The position numbers were made by a program, and so were the translations under genes. Positions 42,001 to 54,849 of a stretch of DNA of 64,000 bases are shown here, in pieces. The stretch lies in assembly GCF_006345805.1 (NCBI RefSeq), contig NC_042998.1, positions 145,142,001 to 145,206,000 of the forward strand, in the 5' to 3' direction. Position 1 is the first letter of the stretch, and each line of letters begins with the position of its first letter. The stretch is from Octopus sinensis. Taxonomy: Eukaryota. The notes beneath the pieces are model-generated. The model saw only the letters and a list, made by a program, of their open reading frames with translations, searched no databases and was not told the DNA's origin.

Positions 42001-42436
42001 GCGAGTATATATGAGTGTATGTTGATATTTATGTCCGTAGTTATGAATGTGCAAGTTCCATAAAGATATACCAGCTAGACCCAGTGGAGCGCATCACTGA
42101 ATGTGTAACTACTCATCAAGCAGTATCATATCACTGGCCATTAATGGGTACCGACTTTATAATTACATTCTTTATTCTGTGTACTTGCGTGTGTACGTGC
42201 GCCAGACCATGTATGTGTGGACGTTTGTTCATCCAAATCTACTAACGGTTATATGTAGTAATTTTTCCGCTGTATTGTGTATTTGTTTCTTTTTGTGTCT
42301 CATCTTTATCACTGATCTTCTGTAAGAATAATGCAGTATCCCTTAATTTGCAATTTCTATCTACGAAGACCAAGAACAAAAAATGCAATAATAAGTTGTG
42401 CGAAAGAGAGTTTATTTTAACGAGATTCTTCTTGAA

Positions 42437-42542
42437 ATCACCTGAGGAGACACATCTACACCAAGGGATACACTCAAACCAGTTGTGTTGTATCCCATCC
42501 GTGAGGGATCGATGCTAGATGGGTCGAAACGATTGTAGTGAT
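42437..42542 (+). ncRNA. Type I hammerhead ribozyme with intact core and long helix II insertion
   Basis: Helix I ATCAC/GTGAT; core CTGAGGA; helix II GAC-a-CATCTA/TAGATG-g-GTC with nested GGGATACA/TGTATCCC hairpin; GAAA; helix III CGATTG; GTA triplet ending at 42537. Confidence 0.85.
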
Positions 42543-42843
42543 CAATAAAGATTCTCTTATCTTCCAGCTTTCGTTTCTCTCATTAATTACATATCCAACG
42601 AACACTAAGCCAGCGAAGTGCTTTACCGGCAAACTACCAGGTGTATGCCATACTATCAATTGAATATACATAGTCCTTGTAACTTAGTAGTTCGGAAAAA
42701 AGGGGCCGCCAGAATAAGTACTAGGCTTACAAAGAATACGTCCTGGGGTCGATTTGCTTCACTAAAGGCGGTGCTCCAACATGGCCGTAGTCAAATGACT
42801 GAAACAAGTAAAAAAGTAAAAGAATAAAAGAATATATATAATT

Positions 42844-42878
<35 letters not shown>

Positions 42879-44779
42879 CATATATTTATTATATATATAT
42901 ATATATATTATATATATATATATATATATGTATATTTGTACATACATACATACACACACATAAAAACATGTCTTTGCAATGAGCATCGCACGGTTGCTGT
43001 CTACTAAATTCACTCATATTTGTTAGCCCGAGGTCTAGAATAGAAAGCAGTTGCTCAAGTTGCCACGCAGTGGGATGGACTGAACTCGAAACCACGGTGT
43101 TGCAAAACGAACTTCTTAACCACACAAGCATGCCAACAAATATTAATAATTGCTATGCAGATTTCCACCCCACATTCTTTCTAGTGAGAACCTGATTTGG
43201 AGGCAGGTTTGACTGTTCGTTGGCGTTTGTGTATTTTTATTTTAAAAGTGATTACTTCGTCTTGAAAAAGTTATTGATTTGTTATCTCACATAATGTTTA
43301 TCAGTATTGTCTTTTATTTTATTCTTAAAGAATGCACGTTCATTAACGTTTTCCGGAGGGAATCACATATCTATCATCGAATGCTTAATACAGCAGATCA
43401 CTTTTTGTTTGGTTGTTTATTCTTTCTATGTGACCGTTCTATAAATTGTATTTATATCGCTCCTCTACCTCCGCTCTTATTTTCCTGTTTTATAATCTTA
43501 TCTCTATTTAACGTCCACGTCCTCATACAATTTATGGAAATGTTTTCTTCAAGCAATCTTAACTTGGGAAATGAATAAACTGTTTGTCTTGTGAATCTTT
43601 ATAGATGTATATGTGTGCGTGTTTCGTTTCCAGAGCGGTTATACTTTTTATACATATGTTAAGTTCCTTGGTAAAGTAATTTTGTTTGGTGTATATGTTG
43701 AGGCGTATATGTACTTGTGGGTGTGTGTGAGTGGGGTGGGTGTTTGTATTTGTTATGGGTGTGTGGTTTACGTGTGTGTATTTGTGTGTGAATGTATAGG
43801 TTAAAGGGATTGCTATATAAGTATGTTATAGTGTTTAGTAAAGGGAGGTTTTATCATTTATGTTTTGTGAGTTTTAGCTTATCATGGTAGTTTTATAAAA
43901 GAATCCATTCATAATTTTTGTGTTTATTTGTCTGTGTGGGGTTGAGTGGGTTTTTGGAGTATATGTTGAGGTTTATATGTATGTATAGGTATGTGTAAGT
44001 GGTGTGGGTATTTGTATATGTTGTGGGTGTGTGGTTTACGTGTGTGTATTTGTGTGTGAATGTTTAGGTTAGGGGGATTGCTATATAGGTATGTTATAGA
44101 GTTTAGTAAAGGGAGATTTTATCATTATATGTTTTTATGAGTTTTGGTTTATCATGGTAGGTTTGTTAAGGAATTCGTAGTAATTTGTGTCTATTTGCGA
44201 TGTCTGTTGTTTATTGCATTGTTTCATTCATAATTTTTAAGTAGTGTTCGTTTTACCAAGTGAATATAATTTTTAATTCCATTTATTCCATTTCTCCGTT
44301 CATAATTTTAAGTGATGTCCGTTTTCTAGAGCGTGAATGTGGGTTGTATGTGTGTGTGTGTGGGAGTATGAATAAGTATTGTGTTGAAGTATTTAGCTAT
44401 TTTATTTATTTATAGTTGCCTAGACGTTTTTATGTGTATGTATAGGGATATATATATATAGGTGTGTGATTTAGTGTATGTAGTTAGATATGGTTATATA
44501 TAATTAGGTATATGTGTATGGGTGTATATATAGTTTATTATTATATTATTATTATTTTTTTGTTTTGTTTTATATTTTATATTTTATATTTTATATTTTA
44601 TATTTTATATTTAATTGTTGATAGGTTTATTTTAGTTTATATATTGTTTATATATTGATTATATATGGATTATATATAGGTTATATATGGATTATATATT
44701 TATATTTTTTCATTCATACTTTAATTATTTAAAATTATTATTTTAATATTTTAAAATATTGATATTTTAGATTGGAAGT

Positions 44780-44822
44780 CCACCTGAAGATTGTCGATCA
44801 AGACAAGAAACAATTGTAGTGG
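44780..44822 (+). ncRNA. Minimal type I hammerhead ribozyme in the 5' pseudo-LTR
   Basis: CCAC-CTGAAGA-TTGTC(gatcaa)GACAA-GAAA-CAATTG-TA-GTGG; palindromic helix III. Confidence 0.85.
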
Positions 44823-45055
44823 CGGTTTTTTTGACTATTTATTAAAATTTTATGTATTGATTAAGTCTTTCCTTGTTTGTTTTGCAAAATAGTGGTTTTG
44901 TCTCTAATAATATTTTATAATATTTTACTATAAAATTGGATTTAATCCTAAATCTGATTTTTTCCCTGTAAATTTGGATTTATTTCCTAATATTTATTAT
45001 TTATATAATATTGATAATTTTGTATATTGAGTGTAATACCTCAATTTCGTAAATT

Positions 45056-47564
45056 ATGGATTTTACAGGTAAGATAGAACCGCTGATTTGGGATTCATCT
45101 TTGAAAGATATTCCTATTCCTTCTAGAAAGGAATTTATCTTGAAACTTGTTAATAATGTTAAAGATTTTATTTCTAGAATTAAATGGAAAGCTTTTTACT
45201 ATAATTTTTATTTATTTAATGATATTGATAGTAGGAATGATAATTTTACCTCTAAATTTAAATCTAGAAAGGAACCTCCATTTAATAAAGAATTACAATT
45301 ACTTGAAGATAGTATATGGAAGGTGGTAAAAAATATTGAATTCCATAAATACCCAAATAGAAATAATGAATATTTAAGGAATTTAGCAATTAAAATTAAA
45401 GATATGAGAAATATGGATGGTATTATAGTACAATCTGATAAAACAAGGAACCTATATAAATTAGATGTTAAATTATATGATAAACTATTAGGAAAAGAAA
45501 TAATTAAAAAATATAAAATTGTTCCAGATGATATTCTTTATAATATTAATAAGGCTCTAAAGTAGTAATGTTAAAATATGAGTTGGATAATAAAACTGAA
45601 CCTTATGTACCTTTGCACTCCAGAATTACTCTTAAAGACCATAAAGATAATTTTTATTCAGACCCTAAAGTTAGATTAATTTGCCCATGTAAATCGGACC
45701 TAGGTAAATTAAGTAATTTATTTTAGATAAATATATTGATAAGTTAAATAAACTTAATTATTTAAAATTATGGTTTAGTAATAATAATACATTGAAATGG
45801 TTTAATAATATTAAAGAAAAAATCGTTATAAATTTATTCAAATAGATATAGATAATTATTATTCTTCTATTAATGAAATTGTGTTTAATAAAGCGATTAT
45901 TTTCGCAATGAATAAAGTGGGTATGTCACGGGAAGAAGTTAATGTAATTAAAATGGCTAGGAAATCGCTAATTAAATATAAAAATAAATTATGGGCTAGG
46001 AATGATACTAGAGATTGTTTTGATATACCTATGGGAGCACCAGATTCTGCACAGGCTACTGATTTAGTAGGTATTTTTCTTTTATCTGAACTCCAATTAG
46101 AAAATCTTAAGATAGAGGGTGGTTTATAGAGAGACGATCTTCTACTAGTTACAAAGAATTGTACTAATAGGAATCTAGAAGTATATAAGAAAAAACTATA
46201 TAGTTTCTTTAAAAGATATGGTTTAAGTATTACTATATAAGGAGAATTATAATGTTAATTATTTAGATGTTAATTTTAATCTTATTACAGGTAAAACACA
46301 ACCATATCATAAACTTAATGAGAACCTTAGATATATAAATGTTAATAGTAATCACCCATTTTCTATTAAAAAATCGTTGATTAATAATATAAGTAAACGT
46401 ATTTCATTACTCTCTTATGATATAGAGATTTTTAATAAACATGCTAATTATTATAATGAGGCCCTTAGAGGGGCAGGTTATAATAGGAATATTAAATTTT
46501 ATAATATTAGTGATAAAGATTTAATTGATAATTTTCGAGATACTTCTAATAATAATTTAATTTTGTTAGGTTTAGTGGTAAAAATAATAGATATATAAAA
46601 AAAATAATAAAAATGATAAAAATATAAATAAGAATAATAATAATAATAATAAATATAATAATAATAATAATATAAATAAGAATAATAAAAATAAAAATAA
46701 ATTTAATAATTATTATAATAATTATATTGATAAAATTAATAATATTAATAATTCCTTAAATGCTGTACATAGATATAATTTTGATAATATTTTAATAAAA
46801 TAAAGAATTATAAATATATTATAATAATGATAATAATAATAAGGTTATTAAGAATAAAATTTGGTTAATAGTTCCTTATGGAGATCAAGTAAAAACGAAT
46901 ATTATTAAAGAGATTTTAGATGTTATAGAACTATTTATTAGAGTTAATCGTAAATATAGAAACATTTTCTCTTTTAATAATTTTGGAGTTGGTTATTCTA
47001 CCACTAATAATGTTGGTAACATTATTTCTTCATTTAATAAATATAAACTGAATAATTTTTATAAAAAGAAATTATTTGATAATAATATTAATAATGATAA
47101 GACTTATATTAATTGTACATGTAGAGATAAATCTAATTGTATATTAAATAATAATTGTGATATTAACGATGTAGTGTATAAATGTATAGTTACATTACAT
47201 GATAATAACTTAAGAATAATAATTACCCAAAAGCGGTTTATATAGGTTCTACTTCCTCAAAAATAAAACTAAGAATCGCACAACATATGAATTCTTTTAA
47301 AAATAAAAACTTAATCAACTCAACTGGACTTAGTAAGTACATTTGGAGTCTTAAATCACTAAATATTAATTATAGTTTAATTTGGGAAATAATTTGTAAA
47401 ACTAAATCATATACTATAGGAGCTATTGTTGTTATTTATGCTCTAATGAGTTTAAAGAAATTTTATTTTATAAGTATGATAATTTACTTAATACTGGTGA
47501 AGAGCGCAAAATAAAATGCAGACATAAGTTACTTTACCTATATAATAAGTTTCATGATAAATAG
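45056..47564 (+). pseudogene. PLE polyprotein (RT + GIY-YIG), about 835 codons, interrupted by small indels and one in-frame TAG
   Basis: SLKDIPIP, RIKWKAF, QSDKTRNLY, TLKDHKDNF, QIDIDNYYSSI, DIPMGAPDSAQ, GGL*RDD, NYLDV, NSNHP, VVYKC...VYIGSTS...RIAQH, CYLC, CRHK. Most frameshifts fall in homopolymer or dinucleotide runs. Confidence 0.9.
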
Positions 47565-50500
47565 CAATAATTTCCCTATTAGGTTACTTTAGTTTAGTTT
47601 AAATTAGTTTAGATAATATATTTTTTGGTATGTAGTCTAGGCTTTAATTATAGTTAGTCTTTATTGATATTTCTTTGTTTTAATTAGTTCATTTTTAATG
47701 TATATTAATATAACAGTTTATGGTATGTTAAAACTTTAATAATTTATATTAGATTTTTTTATTTTCTTTATTTATATATTTTTTAATTTTTTATTATTTT
47801 ATTATGTATTTTTATTATGCATTTGTTATATGTATTTTGGAGGATATATTTATATGTTGATGGGTGTTATTTAGTGGTGTTTTTATTGAGTTTTGTATGT
47901 ATGTGTGAATGTTTACGATCCCTTTGTTTTTTGTTTTTTATTTGGTATGTTGAATTGACAGATTTTATTTGGGTATTGTCTGTATATAAAAGTATACACA
48001 CCCATAACAAATATAAGTGCCCACTTCATTCGCGCGTACCTGGAATTGCATGTGAGCCTCAACATATACACCAAACGGCCACTCCCGCCCCATACGGACG
48101 AATAAACACATACATCCCCAAAAATGGGCGTAATCCCACTCACACCAATCATATGTATACAATTATACACACTAGAATAATACATAAAAACCCAAATATA
48201 CAGAACATATTAAAATCACCAACAAACCACCATCACAAATGAAACCTACACCCATACAATGACAAAACTCCCCCCTCCATACCCAATTTACACCCACATA
48301 GCAATCCCAATATATTCATCCATACATGGACGCACGTGCGTGAAGCACATGCACTCAATAAATACGTAAAACCCCCCAATACACACTCATATACATACGT
48401 ATCAAGCTCGACATCCACAGCAATACGCTTACACCCCACTCACACCCAGATGGGTGAATTGCACAACCAGGGAACGCGCACACACACGTGTGCGTATTTT
48501 GATTGTGCAACTCGCCCATATGCATGTATGCGGGCGCGATTACATTGTTGCACATATCGAGCCCAACTAGCATGCATATGTACATGTGAGGGGGTACACG
48601 TACATGCCGTGCGCGTGTACCCCCTGCATTTATACCCGTGCGTGAATATACACATGGAGACTACCACACAGGTACAAATGTGTATAGTAATGGGAGCCCC
48701 ATCACTACACTCAATGTATAATCTCACCCATCCGCACGGATGTGAAAGCGAATCTCCGGTGTATATGTTGAGGCTTATATGTAGCGCTGTGGAGGTGAAC
48801 GTCGTTGAAATTGTGAATGAATGGGTGGAGTTGGGAATTGTAACCGGGTGGTGGGCTAGCGTTGCTTGGAATTGGGAATGGAATAGTGTAGTAGTAAGGC
48901 AGGCATCGAGAATAGATTTGGGTTACTGCAAGTTGTTTGTTAGAGCTGCTAAGATGAGCTAAAGCTCATAATTGTATATAATAATTTATTATGGTAGTTT
49001 TATTAAAGAATCCATTCATAATAATTTTTTTAAGTAGTGTTGGTTTGCCACGTGGATATAGTTTTTAGTTCCATTTATTCTATTTCTCCATTCATAATTT
49101 TAAATGACGTTTACTTTCCATGGCGCGTATTCTTTTTTTACATAAGTTATATTTCTATGGTAACGTAATTTTGGTTTGATTTTTTTAACGGCTAAGAATT
49201 TAATTTCACTTCATAATTTGAAACTGACTTGTAAGTATGTATTTTATTTCTCTTATGTCATATTGTTATTTTTGATATTCTGGTTAATTACGATGTATTT
49301 AATGTTGTTTTTTATTGGAGTGTTTATGTATATGAGATTGTGTGTGAGTTTTTAGTTGTATAATTTATTTATCTGTATGAGTGTGGGTGTGTAAATATTG
49401 TTGTATATATCGAGTTTAGTGAGTATGTATATGCGTATATGTGAGGGAGTATATGTATCTGTTGTGTGTGTGTTTTGCGTGTGTGTGTGTTTGTGTGTGA
49501 ATGTGTATATGGGTTTGTTATTTAGGTTTTGGGATGTATGTGTTAATTTGTCTGTGTGGGGAGGGAGTGGGTTTTTGGTGTATATTGAGGTTTATAAGTT
49601 AGTATAGGTATGTGTATAAGTCGTGGGTCTGTGGTTTACGTGTGTGTTTTTTGTGTGTGAATGTTTAGGTTAGGGGGATTGCTATATAGGTTTGTTATAG
49701 AGTTTAGCAAAGGGAGATTTTATCGTTATATGTTTTTAAGAGTTTTGGTTTATCATGGTTTTTTTAGGGAATTCGTGGTAATTTGTCTATTTTCGATGTT
49801 GGTTGTTTTATTACATTGTTTCATTCATAATTTTTAAGTGGTGTTCGTTTTGCAACGTGAATATTATTTTTAATTCCATTTATTCCATTTCTCCATTCAT
49901 TATTTTAAAAGATGTTCGTTTCCAGAGCGGTTATACTTTTTATACATATGTTAAGTTCCTTGGTAAAGTAATTTTGTTTGGTGTATATGTTGAGGCGTAT
50001 ATGTACTTGTGGGTGTGTGTAAGTGGGGTGGGTGTTTGTATTTGTTATGGGTGTGTGGTTTACGTGTGTGTATTTGTGTGTGAATGTATAGGTTAAAGGG
50101 ATTGCTATATAAGTATGTTATAGTGTTTAGTAAAGGGAGGTTTTATCATTTATGTTTTGTGAGTTTTAGCTTATCATGGTAGTTTTATAAAAGAATCCAT
50201 TCATAATTTTGTGTTTATTTGTCTGTGTGGGGTTGAGTGGGTTTTTGGAGTATATGTTGAGGTTTATATGTATGTATAGGTATGTGTAAGTGGTGTGGGT
50301 ATTTGTATATGTCGTGGTGTGTGGTTTACGTGTGTGTATTTGTGTGTGAATGTTTAGGTTAGGGGGATTGCTATATAGGTATGTTATAGAGTTTAGTAAA
50401 GGGAGATTTTATCATTATATGTTTTTATGAGTTTTGGTTTATCATGGTAGGTTTGTTAAGGAATTCGTAGTATTAGTTTTGTGTCTATTTGCGATGTCTG

Positions 50501-51065
50501 TTGTTTTATTGCATTGTTTCATTCATAATTTTAAGTAGTGTTCGTTACCAAGTGAATATAATTTTTAATTCCATTTATTCCATTTCTCCGTTCATAATTT
50601 TAAGTGATGTCCGTTTTCTAGAGCGTGAATGTGGGTTGTATGTGTGTGTGTGTGGGAGTATGAATAAGTATTGTGTTGAAGTATTTAGCTATTTTATTAT
50701 TTATAATTGCCTAGACGTTTTTATGTGTATGTATAGGGATATATATATATATAGGTGTGTGATTTAGTGTATGTAGTTAGATATGGTTATATATAATTAG
50801 GATATGTGTATGGGTGTATATATAGTTTATTATTATATTATTATTATTTTTTTGTTTTGTTTTATATTTTATATTTTATATTTTATATTTTATATTTAAT
50901 TGTTGATAGGTTTATTTTAGTTTATATATTGTTTATATATTGATTATATATGGATTATATATAGGTTATATATGGATTATATATTTATATTTTTTCATTC
51001 ATACTTTAATTATTTTAAAATTATTATTTTAATATTTTAAAATATTGATATTTTAGATTGGAAGT

Positions 51066-51108
51066 CCACCTGAAGATTGTCGATCAAGACAAGAAACAAT
51101 TGTAGTGG
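51066..51108 (+). ncRNA. Minimal type I hammerhead ribozyme in the 3' pseudo-LTR
   Basis: Identical to 44780-44822, 6286 bp downstream. Confidence 0.85.
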
Positions 51109-51200
51109 CGGTTTTTTTGACTATTTATTAAAATTTTATGTATTGATTAAGTCTTTCCTTGTTTGTTTTGCAAAATAGTGGTTTTGTCTCTAATAATTTT

Positions 51201-51264
<64 letters not shown>

Positions 51265-51310
51265 GAGTGTGTGCGCGCGTGTGTGTGTATTCTTACATTA
51301 TATGTGTATA

Positions 51311-51347
<37 letters not shown>

Positions 51348-51362
51348 TTAAATAACCATCAG

Positions 51363-51454
51363 GGCTGATCATACCAATCGGTTTCGCGTAAAGAATACAC
51401 TGGAGTGTTAGGTAACAATCCGCTTGCATAACTTTACGCTCATCAGAGTTAGTC
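51363..51454 (-). ncRNA. Hammerhead motif with intact core, 8-bp helix II and weak helix I
   Basis: Minus strand: CTGATGA-GCGTAAAG...CTTTACGC-GAAA-CCGATTGG-TA; helix I GACTAACT/TGATCAGCC pairs poorly; half-motif repeated at about 52837-52860. Confidence 0.7.
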
Positions 51455-52226
51455 GATATGGAAGGGAATATGGCGACTGCTCTCTATTCTCGGAGGTGGA
51501 TTAGCACAACCGGTCAGCGGCTGATGTAAAAAGGGTGGTGAAACGAAAATGGGGTCAGAGGATTAAGTTAAGAGTTATGTTCCTTGGTTGGGTCTGCAGT
51601 TAAGCCGGCAAGAGTTATCTTGAAGTGGGGAGGATGTGTATTATTCATGTAGTGCTCCTGTTGGGATGGGGTGTGTGATATGTGTAGTGGTTTCATATGC
51701 ATAATTTTATCCGGAGTATATATAGGTGTGTTCATTGGTTTTCTTTCTGTAAAGGATAAAGTCATAGGTTTTTTTGTTAGCGTGCAGTGTGTAACGTGCG
51801 TGTGTGTTTGTGGTGGGGTGGGGTCTGTGCATGTGCGGGGTACATGCGGGCAAGGGTTAAACACCTCACTCTTGCTATTCGGGTAGATGTTCTATTGTAC
51901 CTGCGCGCCCCACTATCACTGTAACCACAGGTCCCCTGCCTCGACCCTCGACCTTCCACCAATACCCTCGGGCTTCGCAAAAAGAGTTTGACCAAAGAAC
52001 ACACCAATGCACCCTTGAACACACACATGCACCCCTATAAGTCAGACACTCCACAAAATAGACTGCCTCCCACTACCCCTGCACACAAATTGTAGCCCCA
52101 CACATGCACAGATCCTCCACACACACATATATGTATGTATGTATGTATATACTTACATACACACAGATATACATACGTAGTGTTCATTGTCGAGACAAAG
52201 AGTGCTCGATACTACATTATATTATA

Positions 52227-52739
52227 CTAGCAGTATCGCCCGGCGTTGCTCGGGTTTGTAAGGGAAATAACTATATAAGCATTTTTAGAGAGTTACTTCC
52301 CTTATAGATGCCAATTCGGGCTTTCTTAGCCATTTCTGTTTTGGTGTCTTCAAGCCATGAAGTCGTTGTTCTAAAAGAACGCTGGTCTCCTTGACAACGC
52401 TTTACGACGTTGATTTCCTTACACTCCCTCCCCCACAGCTTCACGAGGGAGGGAAGAAGGGGGAGAAGCAAACAGGTGCAGATGTGAGCGTGGACGCCAA
52501 CTCCGCCGCCATCGACACACGAAAAATTATGCATTAAAATGGAATAAAAAATTATGTTAAATTATTTTTAAAATCGTAGACTCATCGTAGACGCGCGCTA
52601 ATACCCAGACGGGCTCGATATGAATCACGACTATAAGATACCCGAATTTGGTTAAACTGCACCGCAAAATGTGGGAGTAATTAGGAATCTAACTCGAAGG
52701 GGACAGACACTCACACAACTACAGTTTTATATATATAGA
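52227..52739 (-). mobile_element. Helitron-like non-autonomous element
   Basis: Minus strand: A|TCTATATATATAAAA at 52739; 3' GCAACGCCGGGCGATACTGCTAG|T at 52227; first about 80 bp nearly identical to the 36256 copy. Confidence 0.8.
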
Positions 52740-52919
52740 TGTTTGTATATACAGTCGACCAAGAATCTATAAGTCAGAAAAAATAGACACTCGTATTTTA
52801 TATTAATCAAAGTATACAGTATTATAGATTTTATTACAGCCGATCTTACTAATCGGTTTCGCATCGTGTATTGGACAGAGCATGTGTATTGAGATAACTG
52901 CCCAGTTACCTAATGTACC

Positions 52920-53380
52920 GATTGTATCGACAATTTGTTTCCACTTCTAATTGTTACCTCATGGTTCGTGTGACAGAAAATACAATCAATTGGTCGAACT
53001 CAGCGAAAACATTGTCTTCTGTAGAGGTAGGTGTTCGAGGATTTGTTGAAACCAGAGATCATTCAATGCTCAGGAGTCATAGACTAGTTGCGAAGGGGAG
53101 AAAAGAAGTTGCCAAGAAATTATCAGAAACCGCTGAGGAAGCAAACCATGACATCTGGCTGAAGAAAGAGGACGAGTAGTGCAGCAACAACGATCTTTTA
53201 AGATGATAGGAACAGTCAGCCCAGAGTCACTGCATCTGACTCAACAAAGCTTGAGATGTTGCGCTGGAGCTTTGTTGCTTACTTTCAGTGGATGACGTTG
53301 GGCAGCTCTAGTGTAACAGTGGAAAGGGCTGAAATACCTAAAGAGCTGCTTCACTGCCCAATGAGACATCAATTCCTGCA
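52920..53380 (+). mobile_element. 3' end of an RLE-type non-LTR element (HERO/NeSL-like)
   Basis: EVGVRGFV...LSETAEEANHDIWLKK resembles RLE C-termini; followed by a putative 3' UTR with a GCAGCTCT/AGAGCTGC stem. Confidence 0.6.
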
Positions 53381-53702
53381 TGCAAATATTTGCCCTAAAC
53401 GTGAAAAAAATAATGCGTTATTATTGAAACAGCCTGCTATCATATTTCCGAAATGTGTTATTCCCAGTGACATCACTTCCATCTTTTTTGTTGAAGTTTA
53501 TGTCTCTGAGTAAGCTACAACATCACTGAAAACTGCAGCTGGACTAACTGACCGTGTGTTTATATGCTAGCTATAGTTAACACAGGACCTACAGTTTGTA
53601 ACCGCTGCCTTCGTAGTCGAGATTCAAATGACTCAGTATAACTACTTGAAAAATAAGTATCGTAGGGTGATGGCACATCTCATCTCAGTTCTGCCGTGAC
53701 AA

Positions 53703-53748
<46 letters not shown>

Positions 53749-54688
53749 AAAGATATACACCAGCAGAGTAAAACAGATATTTGGCAACAGATGAAACTAT
53801 ATTAATGAAGAAAAATGAAAGAATAAAAACAACAAATAAACATATAAAACATACACACACAAACACAAATACACACACACATACACTCACATGCACACAC
53901 ACAGAGTCTTGGAGAAGTTGGAGATAGTGACGAGATGAGTAAATCTAAAAATACGAGAACCAATTCCCTTTACGTAAATTCCTTGCATATCTTCAGCTTA
54001 TTTCTGTATCTCATTCAAACCAAACCCGGAAATACGATGGTATCTAAAGAAACGGTAATCCCAAAACAGTGGCACATTTTTTCCTGGAGAATTATAAAAC
54101 AATGTCTACAAGAGTTCTAGATATTTCTGTATTTGACTTCTATATGATAAAGATGGAGGTTAAACTGCCAATTAATTTATGAGGTCATCGCCACCAGCAT
54201 CCACCAAATAAACAGTCGCATTTATTTCTGGTGCCGTTATTTACTCAAAGAATTTATATCGAAGAATGAAAATCACAAACTTCCATCCTTTTGGCATTGT
54301 TGACTTAATTCAGTGATAATTTTCGAACAATAGGTGCTAAAAATATTTTTATGGAGTGAAAAAACGGAGCAGAATAAATAGATAAATATATAAAGAAAGA
54401 AATGACATACCTTTAGCGCGTGTATACTCAAACACGTTCACATGCATAGGTAAATGCACATATACATACATACAGAGAGACATGCAAACACATATATACA
54501 CATACACGTACAGAGGGAGATGCGACACATATATATACACATGCTCACACAGAATCATACAAACACGCACACAAACACACACACACGTACGCATACTCAT
54601 ACATTTCTACACTAATACACATACATACATGCATACATACATACGTACATACATACATACATACACACACATACATACACACACACAC

Positions 54689-54723
<35 letters not shown>

Positions 54724-54733
54724 TGTATGTATG

Positions 54734-54764
<31 letters not shown>

Positions 54765-54765
54765 G

Positions 54766-54849
<84 letters not shown>

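Larger units (their letters stand above)
43623..51197 (+). mobile_element. Near full-length Penelope-like element with two pseudo-LTRs
   Basis: Direct repeats 43623-44911 and 49915-51197 (differences seen are mostly small indels) flank an RT-GIY-YIG ORF and a long repetitive 3' region; the 3' end abuts (TA)n. Confidence 0.92.

Noticed and set aside
45056-47564. Naiad-type selenoprotein PLE
   Set aside because: The endonuclease is C-terminal, not N-terminal, and no in-frame TGA at Cys positions was seen.
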